Assembly: GCA_045806605.1 (NCBI GenBank)
Contig: JBJMIY010000200.1
Coordinates: 1 to 34,597, forward strand
Origin: Rubrobacteraceae bacterium
GTDB taxonomy: Bacteria > Actinomycetota > Rubrobacteria > Rubrobacterales > Rubrobacteraceae
Length of the DNA: 34,597 nucleotides
Direction: 5' to 3'
Below, piece after piece: positions 27,770 through 34,597 of this stretch. How positions within the stretch are numbered: position 1 is the stretch's first letter; each line of letters begins with the position of its first letter. Under the pieces are notes generated by a model. That model was not told where the DNA came from. It did not search any database and worked only from the letters and a program-made list of their open reading frames with translations. A program made the position numbers and the translations under genes.

Positions 27770-29407
27770 TTACATCTTCTCGGGAGCGCTCACTCCTAGA
27801 AGATCCAGCCCCGCAGCGAGAACCGTCTTGGTCGCGGCCGAGAGCGCGAGCCGGCGGGTCCGAACCTCCTCGTCGTCGACGAGCACGCGGTGAACCGTGT
27901 AGAACTGGTGGAAGCGGGTCGCGAGCGTCTCCAGGTAAGTGGGAATAGGGTGCACTTCGCGCCTGGCTGCCGCGTTGTGGACCACGCGCGGGAAGTCCAG
28001 CAGTTCGAGGACGAGCAGCCGCTCCTCCGGCGCGATCTCCCCGGCCGGTATCTCCCCCACCTCTTCAGGGCTCGTCCCGGCCCGCTCGAAGATGCTCGCG
28101 ATTCGGGCGTGGGCGTACTGCACGTAGAAGACCGGGTTCTCGTCGGAGTGGCGGATGGCAAGGTCGAGGTCGAAGTTCATCTCGGTCTTGTGCGAGGAGC
28201 GCACGTAGAAGTAGCGCGCCACGTCCACCCCGACCTCGTCGAGCACCTCGTCGAAGGTCACGAAGGTGCCCGCGCGCTTGCTCACCTTGACCTGCTCGCC
28301 CGCGCGCATCAGCTTGACCAGCCGGATCAACTCCACGTCCAGGAAGTCCGGCGGCAACCCCAGAGCCACGAGCCCGGCCCGGATGCGCGGCGGATAACCC
28401 GCGTGGTCCGCTCCGAGCACGTCCACCGCGGTCCTGAAACCGCGCTCCCACTTGGCGCGGTGATAAGCGAGGTCAGGGGCCATGTAGGTGTAGGAGCCGT
28501 CGCGCTTGACGAGCACCCTGTCCTTGTCGTCCCCGAACCTGGAGGACGCGAGCCACAGCGCCCCCTCGCTCTCGTAGACGTGGCCGCGTCTCTTGAGCTC
28601 CTCGATCACCTCTTCCACGGCGCCTGACTCGTAGAGGCTCTTCTCGTTGAAGTAGGTGTCGAAGTGTACCCTCGCGCGGGCGAGCGTCTTCTTGATGTCC
28701 TCCATGCACCAGCTCGTGGCGAACGCGCCGATCTCGGGCAACGCCTTCTCCGGGAGCATGTCGAGGTAGCGGTCGCCTTGCTCCTTTGCCAGAGTTCTCG
28801 CTATCTCGCCGACGTACTCGCCGCGGTAGAGGTCATCGGGGTCGGAGACGGGCCACTCCCTCTCGTACAGCCCCGCGTACCGGGCTGCGACAGACTCGCC
28901 GAGCAGCCGGATCTGGTTCCCCCTGTCGTTGAAGTAGTACTCGCGCGAGACGACCCGGCCCGCGGCCTCGAGGATCCGGGCCAGCGAATCGCCGTAGGCC
29001 GCGTGCCGCCCGTGCGCGACCGTCATCGGCCCTGTCGGGTTGGCGCTCACGAACTCGAGCTGCATCGGGTCCCCCGAAGGCTCCTCGCGCCCGTAACGCC
29101 TGCCCTTCCCGAGCACCGTCCCTACCCCCTGCCACAAAGCCTCGGGCGTGAGCCAGAAGTTGACGAAACCAGGCCCTGCCACCTCGGCCTTCGCCACGAA
29201 CGGCGTGTCCAGCGCCTCGACGAGGTTCTCCGCGACCTTCCTCGGATTACGCTTGAGCACCCGGGCGTTCGCCAGAGCGACGTTCGTGGCAAAGTCGCCG
29301 TGGCTCGGGTCGTTGGGTCGCTCGACGTGGACGCCATCGAGCTCGACCCCATAGGCGTCGCGCACCGCCTCGCGCACCGCTCCGGCCAGCCGCTCCTCGA
29401 AGCTCAT
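27770..29407 (-). CDS. argS: Arginine--tRNA ligase
   Basis: 545 aa with the class I HIGH-type SANPTGPMTVAHGRH, the anticodon-binding C-terminus, and an N-terminal Arg_tRNA_synt_N pattern. Confidence 0.97.
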   Translation of the reverse strand: MSFEERLAGAVREAVRDAYGVELDGVHVERPNDPSHGDFATNVALANARVLKRNPRKVAENLVEALDTPFVAKAEVAGPGFVNFWLTPEALWQGVGTVLGKGRRYGREEPSGDPMQLEFVSANPTGPMTVAHGRHAAYGDSLARILEAAGRVVSREYYFNDRGNQIRLLGESVAARYAGLYEREWPVSDPDDLYRGEYVGEIARTLAKEQGDRYLDMLPEKALPEIGAFATSWCMEDIKKTLARARVHFDTYFNEKSLYESGAVEEVIEELKRRGHVYESEGALWLASSRFGDDKDRVLVKRDGSYTYMAPDLAYHRAKWERGFRTAVDVLGADHAGYPPRIRAGLVALGLPPDFLDVELIRLVKLMRAGEQVKVSKRAGTFVTFDEVLDEVGVDVARYFYVRSSHKTEMNFDLDLAIRHSDENPVFYVQYAHARIASIFERAGTSPEEVGEIPAGEIAPEERLLVLELLDFPRVVHNAAARREVHPIPTYLETLATRFHQFYTVHRVLVDDEEVRTRRLALSAATKTVLAAGLDLLGVSAPEKM

Positions 29408-29625
29408 CTCTCCTCCCCGAGTAGCTCGCCCATCAACCGCCTGTTCTCACGCGCGAGCCGCTCCGTCTCCGCCGTGTCGCGCTCGAGGCTGACCTCGAAG
29501 ACGTCCCCGGCGGCCGCGCCCTCGGGCAACAGCTCGCGTGGAGCGTCGAAGCTCCGCCGCCCGTCCGGGTACAGAAGTAGTACGGCCCAGCCGTCGTCCT
29601 CGAACCTGTCTAGCTGCACGCGCAT
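29404..29625 (-). CDS. DUF3006-like small protein, translationally coupled to argS
   Basis: MRVQLDRFEDDGWAVLLLYPDG...LPEGAAAGDVFEV. The stop forms an ATGA overlap with the argS start. ATG 29625 is preferred, because the 24 upstream codons of the ORF-track entry run through the repeat element. Confidence 0.6.
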   Translation of the reverse strand: MRVQLDRFEDDGWAVLLLYPDGRRSFDAPRELLPEGAAAGDVFEVSLERDTAETERLARENRRLMGELLGEER

Positions 29626-29633
29626 ATATGTGA

Positions 29634-29642
29634 ATGTTAGCA
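29634..29642 (-). promoter_or_regulatory. Candidate extended -10 (TGcTAACAT) 8 nt upstream of the DUF3006 ATG (near-leaderless)
   Basis: Minus-strand TGCTAACAT at 29642-29634. The same 9-mer recurs at 31194-31186 upstream of the MBL gene. Confidence 0.35.
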
Positions 29643-29844
29643 CGCTGCGGCTTCGCCTCCGCTTGTCAGCACGTCCCCTTCGGGGACTTTTCAGCACGCC
29701 TGCTTCGCAGGCTTGTCAGCACGCTCCGCCCTTGCGGGCTTCGCTTGTCAGCATTTCAGCTTACTCTCTCTGTGCTGTGAGAAGCTGAGAAGCCGCCTGG
29801 CGAAGCCCAAGGCGGCGTGCTGAAATGCGCGGAGCGAAGCGGAG
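29638..29844. repeat. Dispersed hairpin-rich intergenic repeat, copy C (expanded)
   Basis: A series of ...AGCACG words (TGTTAGCACG, CTTGTCAGCACG three times, TTTTCAGCACG, CTTGTCAGCATTTCAGC), each followed by a short GC hairpin: GTCCCC-ttcg-GGGGAC, GCCTG-cttcg-CAGGC, GCCC-ttgc-GGGC, CCGCCTGG-cgaagc-CCAAGGCGG. It aligns to the reverse complement of 5116-5217, with about 50 extra nt (two extra units). Confidence 0.7.
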
Positions 29845-30318
29845 CTACCAGTGATACTTCTCTTTGCGCTCTATCTTGACGGCGCGGTAGATCTGCTCGA
29901 GAAGGACCAACCGCGCCAGCGCGTGCGGCAGGGTTATGTTTCCGAGAGAGAGGCGTTCGTCCGCCCTCTCGAGCAGGTCCTGTGAGAGCCCTAGCGGTCC
30001 GCCCAGGACGAATGCGACGTGGCTGTGGCCGGAGACACCAAGAGAGCCCAGTTTTCGCGCGAACTCCTCAGAGGAGAGCGGTTTGCCCTTCTCGCGGTCG
30101 AGGGCTATGACGTGGGCGCCGGCGGGGATCCGCTTGAGCAGGCGCTCGCCTTCGGTCGCGAGCACTTCGTTTGCGGAACGGCGGTTCATGTCCTCCTCGG
30201 GGACCTCGATGATCTCGGCGGAGAAGTAGCGCCGGAGGCGGCCCAGATAGTCCTCGCAGCCGTCCGCGGCCCAGCCTTTGAGCCTCCCGACGGCCACGAC
30301 GGTGGCGCGCCGGATCAC
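29845..30318 (-). CDS. rlmH: 23S rRNA (pseudouridine1915-N3)-methyltransferase RlmH
   Basis: The C-terminal 157 aa of the long ORF form the SPOUT RlmH pattern (VVAVGRLKG..., LDREKGKPLSSEEFA, FVLGGPLGLS, LSLGNITLPHALARLVLLEQIYRA). GTG 30318 forms a GTGA overlap with the MBL gene stop. The upstream 244 codons are R/P/G-rich and overlap the MBL gene. Confidence 0.9.
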   Translation of the reverse strand: MIRRATVVAVGRLKGWAADGCEDYLGRLRRYFSAEIIEVPEEDMNRRSANEVLATEGERLLKRIPAGAHVIALDREKGKPLSSEEFARKLGSLGVSGHSHVAFVLGGPLGLSQDLLERADERLSLGNITLPHALARLVLLEQIYRAVKIERKEKYHW

Positions 30319-31142
30319 TCGATCTCGAAGAGTTGCCGGGCCCCGCTTTCTGCGGCGTAGCGGTAGACGTACTCCGGGGTGGCTTCGAGCGGCGTCCCCA
30401 CCTCCACCCAGGACGTGGGGTGATCCGCTATCGCCGCCCTGACCCGGATGCCGCCGTGTCCCGCCGCTCTGAGGACCGTGCGCACGGTGCCGCAGGCGCG
30501 GGCCGCAGAGTTGTTCGTCTTCGAGAGATGGGCGAGGACGAGGTCCTTGAGCCCGTGCGGCGCGAGCGCCAGCGCTGCCTCGGCCGCCTGCCGGTTCGAG
30601 AGGTGGCCGTTCGAAGAGGCGATGCGGCGCTTGAGCCGCGCGGAGTACGGTCCTCTGCGCAGCCAGTCGGGGTCGTGGTTCGATTCGAGCACAACCGCCT
30701 CCGCCCCACGCATGTGCTCCAGCACCTCCGGTCCGGCCTCGCCGAGGTCTGTAGCCATCGCGACATCGCGCTCGCCGCCGGAGAGGCGCAGCCCGCAAGT
30801 AGAAGAGTCGTGCGGGACCTCGAAAAACGCCGCCTTCAGCCCGCAGACCTCGAAGATCTCGCCAGGTGAGACCCATGTCGCACCCAGGCGCTCCCCGGCG
30901 CCAGGAGCGGCGAAGACCTCCGCGCCGCACTCGCGCACAAGGGACCGGACACCGGAGGCGTGGTCCGCGTGCCCGTGGGTCACGAGCACGGCGCCAACGT
31001 CGTCGAGACGCCGGCCTATGCGGCCGAGGAGGTTCTCGATGTGTCGACATGGGAGCCCGGCGTCAACGAGCAGACCGCCTCTCTCCGATTCGATGTACGT
31101 CGCGTTGCCCGAGCTACCGCTCGAGAGGACACTCAGCCGCAA
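30315..31142 (-). CDS. MBL-fold metallo-hydrolase (YycJ/WalJ-like)
   Basis: LSVLSSGSSGNATYIE, HGHADH and further His/Asp motifs. TTG 31142 (AGAGGAAG upstream) gives 275 aa. The maximal ORF start, TTG 31226, would leave only 23 nt to the divergent sigma gene and would bury a promoter-like element. Confidence 0.8.
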   Translation of the reverse strand: MRLSVLSSGSSGNATYIESERGGLLVDAGLPCRHIENLLGRIGRRLDDVGAVLVTHGHADHASGVRSLVRECGAEVFAAPGAGERLGATWVSPGEIFEVCGLKAAFFEVPHDSSTCGLRLSGGERDVAMATDLGEAGPEVLEHMRGAEAVVLESNHDPDWLRRGPYSARLKRRIASSNGHLSNRQAAEAALALAPHGLKDLVLAHLSKTNNSAARACGTVRTVLRAAGHGGIRVRAAIADHPTSWVEVGTPLEATPEYVYRYAAESGARQLFEIE

Positions 31143-31185
31143 ACTCTTCCTCTGTTCAGCCGGTGGAATCGACTCGCTCTCAGAG

Positions 31186-31194
31186 ATGTTAGCA
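31186..31194 (-). promoter_or_regulatory. Candidate extended -10 (TGcTAACAT) for the MBL-rlmH unit
   Basis: Minus-strand TGCTAACAT at 31194-31186, about 44 nt upstream of TTG 31142. It is the same word as at 29642-29634. Confidence 0.35.
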
Positions 31195-31237
31195 CGGCGG
31201 AGGTCGCCTGCTGTGATCCTAATCAACCCGGCTCACG

Positions 31238-31243
31238 TAGAAT
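31238..31243 (+). promoter_or_regulatory. Candidate -10 box (TAGAAT) 6 nt upstream of the ECF sigma GTG (leaderless geometry)
   Basis: TAGAAT at 31238-31243, then 6 nt, then GTG 31250. No clear -35 box. A GGAATC...GTT ECF-like pair also exists at 31164-31190. Confidence 0.3.
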
Positions 31244-31249
31244 ACGGGC

Positions 31250-31840
31250 GTGGCGGATCCAAGGAGACAATACCTGCTGCTGGCGGACGAGGATCTCATC
31301 TCCCTCGTGGCGGCAAAGGGCAGCGCAGAGGCTTTCGCCGCGCTCTACGACCGCCACGGCAGCGCCGCTTACTCCCTGGCGTACCGCATGATGGGCGATA
31401 AGCAGGCCGCCGAAGACCTGATGCAGGACGCTTTCCTGAAGGTCTGGCGAAACGCGGGGAGCTACCGGTCGGAGCGAGGGAGCGTCAGGACCTGGATCCT
31501 CTCTATAGTGCACAACCGCGGCATAGACCAGTTGCGCTCGCTCGCGAGCCGCCGCAGGACACAGGACAGGGTCGAGGCATCCGCGCCGGTATCCCAGCCG
31601 AGCGAGGCGTTCGCACAGACCTGGCGCAACTCGCAGCGCGAGCAGGTGCGCGAGGCCCTTGGCACCCTCCCTGCGGAGCAGCTCAAGATCCTGGAGCTGG
31701 CGTACTTCTCCGGCTACACCCATGTGGAGATAGCAGAGCTGCTCGAACTGCCCCTCGGGACGGTGAAGGGCCGGATGCGCCTGGGGCTCAAGAAGATAAG
31801 GGATTACTTCGATTCGCGAGACGTGGCGGTGCCGAGGTGA
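31250..31840 (+). CDS. ECF (group 4) RNA polymerase sigma factor, SigK-like
   Basis: Region 2 is AAEDLMQDAFLKVWRNAGSY...TWILSIVHNRGID. Region 4 is LELAYFSGYTHVEIAELLELPLGTVKGRMRLGLKKIR. Confidence 0.85.
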   Translation: MADPRRQYLLLADEDLISLVAAKGSAEAFAALYDRHGSAAYSLAYRMMGDKQAAEDLMQDAFLKVWRNAGSYRSERGSVRTWILSIVHNRGIDQLRSLASRRRTQDRVEASAPVSQPSEAFAQTWRNSQREQVREALGTLPAEQLKILELAYFSGYTHVEIAELLELPLGTVKGRMRLGLKKIRDYFDSRDVAVPR

Positions 31841-32565
31841 ACGGAATGAATCACGAGCGCTTCGACGAACTCAAAGACGCCTACGCCCTCGGGGCCCTGC
31901 CGGAACAAGAACGCCGCGAGCTCGAGGAATACCTCGCCGCGCATCCCGAGCGACAGGCCGAGATAGACGAACTGGGCAACGTGGCCAGCCTGCTTGCGCT
32001 CTCGCCCCCGGAACAGGAGCCGCCTCCAGAGCTCCGCCGGAGCATCATGGACGTGGTCGAGGCCGAGGCGCAGCGTCCGCCCGCAAGGACCCGGTCCTGG
32101 CTCGCCGGGGTAAGAGAGCTCCTGAGCGTCAAGAATCTCGCGCTGGCCGCAGCAGCCCTGCTCGTGATCGGGCTCTTCTCCTGGAACATGCTGCTCCAGG
32201 GTCAGGTCCAGGATCTGCAGGGCCAGGTAGCGAGCCTGCAAGAATCGCAGGAGACACGGATGGTGGCTCTCGCGGGAACCGGGGCCGCGCGACAAGCCCA
32301 GGTGGAGGTGATCCTCATCAAGGATCACAAAGCAGTCTTGACGGCAGAGGACATGCCCAGCGTGCCCGAGAACAAGACCTACCAGATCTGGGTCATAGAG
32401 GGCGACGTCCCTCAGCCGAGCGGCCTCTTCAAACCCGACGGCGGGACTGTCGCCGCCGTGGTCGAGAAGCCCCTGGATGAGGACGACGTCATAGCGATAA
32501 CTATCGAGCCCGATGGGGGCTCGCAGCAGCCGACGACCGATCCCATGCTGACCGCCAAGGTCTGA
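31837..32565 (+). CDS. Anti-sigma factor, RskA (anti-sigma-K) type
   Basis: GTGA overlap with the sigma gene stop. N-terminal anti-sigma helix region (LKDAYALGALPEQERRELEEYLAAHP), one TM (LALAAAALLVIGLFSW), and a C-terminal RskA-like domain (KTYQIWVIEGD..PQPSGLF...IAITIEPDGGS). Confidence 0.75.
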   Translation: MNGMNHERFDELKDAYALGALPEQERRELEEYLAAHPERQAEIDELGNVASLLALSPPEQEPPPELRRSIMDVVEAEAQRPPARTRSWLAGVRELLSVKNLALAAAALLVIGLFSWNMLLQGQVQDLQGQVASLQESQETRMVALAGTGAARQAQVEVILIKDHKAVLTAEDMPSVPENKTYQIWVIEGDVPQPSGLFKPDGGTVAAVVEKPLDEDDVIAITIEPDGGSQQPTTDPMLTAKV

Positions 32566-32670
32566 GCCCTGCGCAGGCTCTCGGAGCCTCCGCTTCACGT
32601 TTAGTTTCCCCTTCGCCGGGTATATTGCTGTCTCGAGAGGGAGAGTTTTGGCTAACAATAAGGAGGATCT

Positions 32671-32889
32671 ATGAGTGTTGCTCGCGTGACCGAGATAAGC
32701 GCAACTAACCCGAACAGCTTCGAGGATGCCATCAACGAAGGTGTAACTCGGGCGACGTCCACGCTGCGCAACGTGGAAGGCGCCTGGGTCAAGGACCAGA
32801 ACGTCCTGATAGAGAACGGCAGCATCGTCGGCTACAAGGTGAACCTGGCGATCACCTTCGTCCTCGAAGATGCCGGGGACATCAGTTAA
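32671..32889 (+). CDS. Dodecin-family flavin-binding protein
   Basis: 72 aa, ARVTEISATNPNSFEDAINEGVTRATSTLRNV..AWVKDQNVLIENGSIVGYKVNLAITFVLED, the dodecin pattern. Strong RBS AAGGAGGA. Confidence 0.8.
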   Translation: MSVARVTEISATNPNSFEDAINEGVTRATSTLRNVEGAWVKDQNVLIENGSIVGYKVNLAITFVLEDAGDIS

Positions 32890-32917
32890 TTAGGAGCTGG
32901 CTTTCGCGGAACCAGAG

Positions 32918-32949
32918 CGCCCCGGCCAGTAGCCGGGGCGTTTCGTATT
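32918..32949 (+). terminator. Candidate intrinsic terminator after dodecin
   Basis: CGCCCCGGC-cagta-GCCGGGGCG (9-bp GC stem, 32918-32940), followed by TTTCGTATT. Confidence 0.55.
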
Positions 32950-32960
32950 GAAGGCCATCT

Positions 32961-34313
32961 CTACGCCGGGTCCGCTGCGAGCCAGTCCAGAGCGACGGCC
33001 GCGGTCCAGGACTGGTTGTCCGAGCCGAGCGGCTCGCCAGTGAAGGGCTCGAAGTACTCTGCGAAGCCTCCTTCGGCGAGCTCTTGCAGGGCCGCCCGCC
33101 GCATGGCCTGCGCGCGCTCCACCTCGCCCGCGAGCTCGAGCGAGCGCCAGAACAACCACGCCATGACCGGCCACATAGGACCGCGCCAGTAGTTGCGCGG
33201 GTGGAAGCGCGGCTCCTCGGGGCTCGTAGAGGGAGTCAGCGGCCGGCGCAGCTTCGGGTATCCCAGGAAATACGGCGAGTAGAGCGTACGCAGCACGGCC
33301 TCCAGCTCTCCCGCCTCAATGCCACCCGCCACGAGCGGCGCGAAGCCCGCGATGGTGCGCGCCCGCAGCGGCGCGTCCCGCCTGAGGTCGTAGTCCAGAC
33401 ACAGGCCCAGCTCCTGATCCCACCGCTCCTCGAGCCCTTCTCGTCCGCGCCCGATCCAGCCTTCTATTAGCGCAACGTCCTCCCCGGAAGCCCCCACAAC
33501 GCGAGCTATCTCTACCAGAGCCTCGTTTGCTGCGACCAGGATAGCGCTGCATAGCACGTCCTTGACCAGAAAAGGGTGTGAGTCGTTGAGGGCGCCTTCG
33601 TCGCACCGGGCGCGTTTTATGAGCTCGACTAGCCAGAGGAAGCGAACGTACTCCTCATCCGTGGGACGCTCGTCGGGATGGTCTACGTGGTTCAGGTCCT
33701 GGCGCTCGAACGACGGCAGGTCGCCGACCTCGACGGCCTCGAGGGCTGCGTCCCACCTTGGAGAGTTGTCCGTGCCGCTCTCCCAGGGATGGTAGATGGT
33801 CACGAGCCCCGATCCCTCCGGGTCCCTGTAAGTGGCAAGGTAGCGATGCCAGGCCAGGAGTTTCGGGAAGGTCTCTCGCAGGAACCCCTGCGCGAAGCCT
33901 TCTTCGTCCCTCCCGGCCAGCTCCCACACGCGCAGGGCGCCGAGGGCGTGCGTCGGCGGCTGGCACAGGGCGCTGGTGTACGGCGGCGCGGGCGGGGCGT
34001 CCGGGAACGTTCCCGCGCTCGACCAGTGCTCGGCGCCTGGGAAATAACTGTCCGGGGGAGCGTCCGGGTTGAAGACGATGTGGGGCACCTTGCCGTTTCT
34101 CCACTGGTGCGCGAACAGGCTGGTTAGCTCCCTGGCCGCGCGGCGGGTGTCGAGGTGCGCGAGCCCGATGGCTATGAAGCCGGTGTCCCAGCTCCACTGG
34201 TGTGGATAGAGGGTCGGCGAGGCCCTGGTCCACTCTCCCATGTCGTTGCGGCGCAGGACCTCCGCCGCCTGCACAGCCAGGTCTGAAGGGTCCGTGGCCA
34301 GCGCTCCTCGCAT
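32961..34313 (-). CDS. GH63-family mannosylglycerate/glucosylglycerate hydrolase-like enzyme
   Basis: 450 aa with LYPHQWSWDTGFIAIGL and an (alpha/alpha)6-barrel-like pattern with WESGTDNSPRWD and NYWRGPMWP. These match my memory of bacterial MgH/GgH enzymes. Needs HMM confirmation. Confidence 0.7.
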   Translation of the reverse strand: MRGALATDPSDLAVQAAEVLRRNDMGEWTRASPTLYPHQWSWDTGFIAIGLAHLDTRRAARELTSLFAHQWRNGKVPHIVFNPDAPPDSYFPGAEHWSSAGTFPDAPPAPPYTSALCQPPTHALGALRVWELAGRDEEGFAQGFLRETFPKLLAWHRYLATYRDPEGSGLVTIYHPWESGTDNSPRWDAALEAVEVGDLPSFERQDLNHVDHPDERPTDEEYVRFLWLVELIKRARCDEGALNDSHPFLVKDVLCSAILVAANEALVEIARVVGASGEDVALIEGWIGRGREGLEERWDQELGLCLDYDLRRDAPLRARTIAGFAPLVAGGIEAGELEAVLRTLYSPYFLGYPKLRRPLTPSTSPEEPRFHPRNYWRGPMWPVMAWLFWRSLELAGEVERAQAMRRAALQELAEGGFAEYFEPFTGEPLGSDNQSWTAAVALDWLAADPA

Positions 34314-34435
34314 ACGGCGCCTATGCTACCAGACCGAGGGCCGGTTCCCCGGGTGACAGGACACAGAGAGTATGCGCCGCCGGGCGTCGAGATCGGTTAA
34401 CATCCGGTCGAGATAGCCTCCGAGAGGGAGACGCG

Positions 34436-34597
34436 ATGCACCAGAATCCCGGGACAGAGGAGATAAGAGACCTGCTCGCGGGCTCGCATACCGTCGCGGT
34501 CGTCGGGCTCTCAGACAGACCGCACCGTACCAGCCACTATATAGCGCGGGCCCTCAAGGACTTCGGGTTTAGGATCTTCCCCGTAAACCCCAACCTG
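34436..34597 (+). CDS. CoA-binding domain protein (YccU/YneT-like), N-terminal 54 codons; continues beyond the window
   Basis: My translation is MHQNPGTEEIRDLLAGSHTVAVVGLSDRPHRTSHYIARALKDFGFRIFPVNPNL, the typical IAVVG.S....R.S..V...L...G..V.PVNP pattern. Confidence 0.65.
   Translation, partial: MHQNPGTEEIRDLLAGSHTVAVVGLSDRPHRTSHYIARALKDFGFRIFPVNPNL

Noticed and set aside
29631-29760. A possible CRISPR array, suggested by the regularly spaced CTTGTCAGCACG-type words.
   Set aside because: The repeated words are only about 11-13 nt and the intervening segments only about 13-16 nt, each self-complementary. There are no cas genes. The same element occurs inverted at 5116-5217. It behaves as a REP/MITE-like repeat, not a CRISPR array.
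29626-29844. A T-box leader upstream of DUF3006-argS.
   Set aside because: The minus-strand sequence has no T-box motif (AAnnnGGGUGGnACCGCG-like), no specifier-loop or AG-bulge architecture, and is explained by the repeat element.
30319-31050. The 244-codon N-terminal extension of the rlmH ORF (the 401-aa entry).
   Set aside because: It overlaps the MBL hydrolase gene out of frame and is R/P/G-rich. GTG 30318 gives a standard 157-aa RlmH with a GTGA stop/start overlap.

Overview
The window is GC-rich with a strong GC3 bias and is almost entirely core housekeeping genes. 39 of the 45 CDSs lie on the minus strand in tightly packed, often translationally coupled operons (ATGA/GTGA/TTGA overlaps).

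Gene content, left to right:
- Complex I genes nuoH'(partial)-D-C-B-A (minus), divergent from a 7Fe ferredoxin and a cysteine-free RnfC/NuoF-like protein (plus).
- An M20 peptidase and murA.
- A complete F1Fo ATP synthase operon: atpZ-like, atpI-like, atpB-E-F-H-A-G-D-C.
- A lone TetR regulator with its operator.
- dCMP deaminase, upp and glyA.
- tsaC, prmC, prfA, a DUF1385 protein and rpmE.
- rho.
- glpX, preceded by a cyclic-2,3-diphosphoglycerate-synthetase-like gene and a metallophosphoesterase.
- argS coupled to a DUF3006 gene.
- rlmH and a YycJ-like MBL hydrolase.
- An ECF sigma with an RskA-type anti-sigma pair, then dodecin.
- A GH63 mannosyl-/glucosylglycerate-hydrolase-like gene.
- The start of a CoA-binding protein.

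The order glpX-rho-rpmE-prfA-prmC-tsaC-glyA-upp-atp-murA matches, from memory, the Bacillus subtilis map. The protein flavour (GH63 MgH/GgH-like, cpgS-like, rho with an N-terminal insert) suggests a deep-branching, Rubrobacter-like actinobacterium. That assignment is inference only. I saw no rRNA, tRNA, CRISPR array, transposase, integrase, prophage or recognisable defence genes.

The items most worth follow-up:
1. A metallophosphoesterase-cpgS-glpX module with its own promoter, wedged into the conserved backbone. It points to possible bacterial cyclic-2,3-DPG extremolyte metabolism.
2. A complex I operon lacking nuoEFG, next to a divergent ferredoxin plus a Cys-free, domain-permuted RnfC/NuoF-like protein.
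3. A hairpin-rich dispersed repeat family built from GCTTGTCAGCACG-type words. There are two clearly alignable copies in opposite orientation, one with an internal amplification, plus several fragments.
4. Unusual low-complexity extensions on NuoB, ATP synthase alpha and ATP synthase beta.

All calls come from reading the ORF translations and the DNA by eye. No database or HMM search was run.
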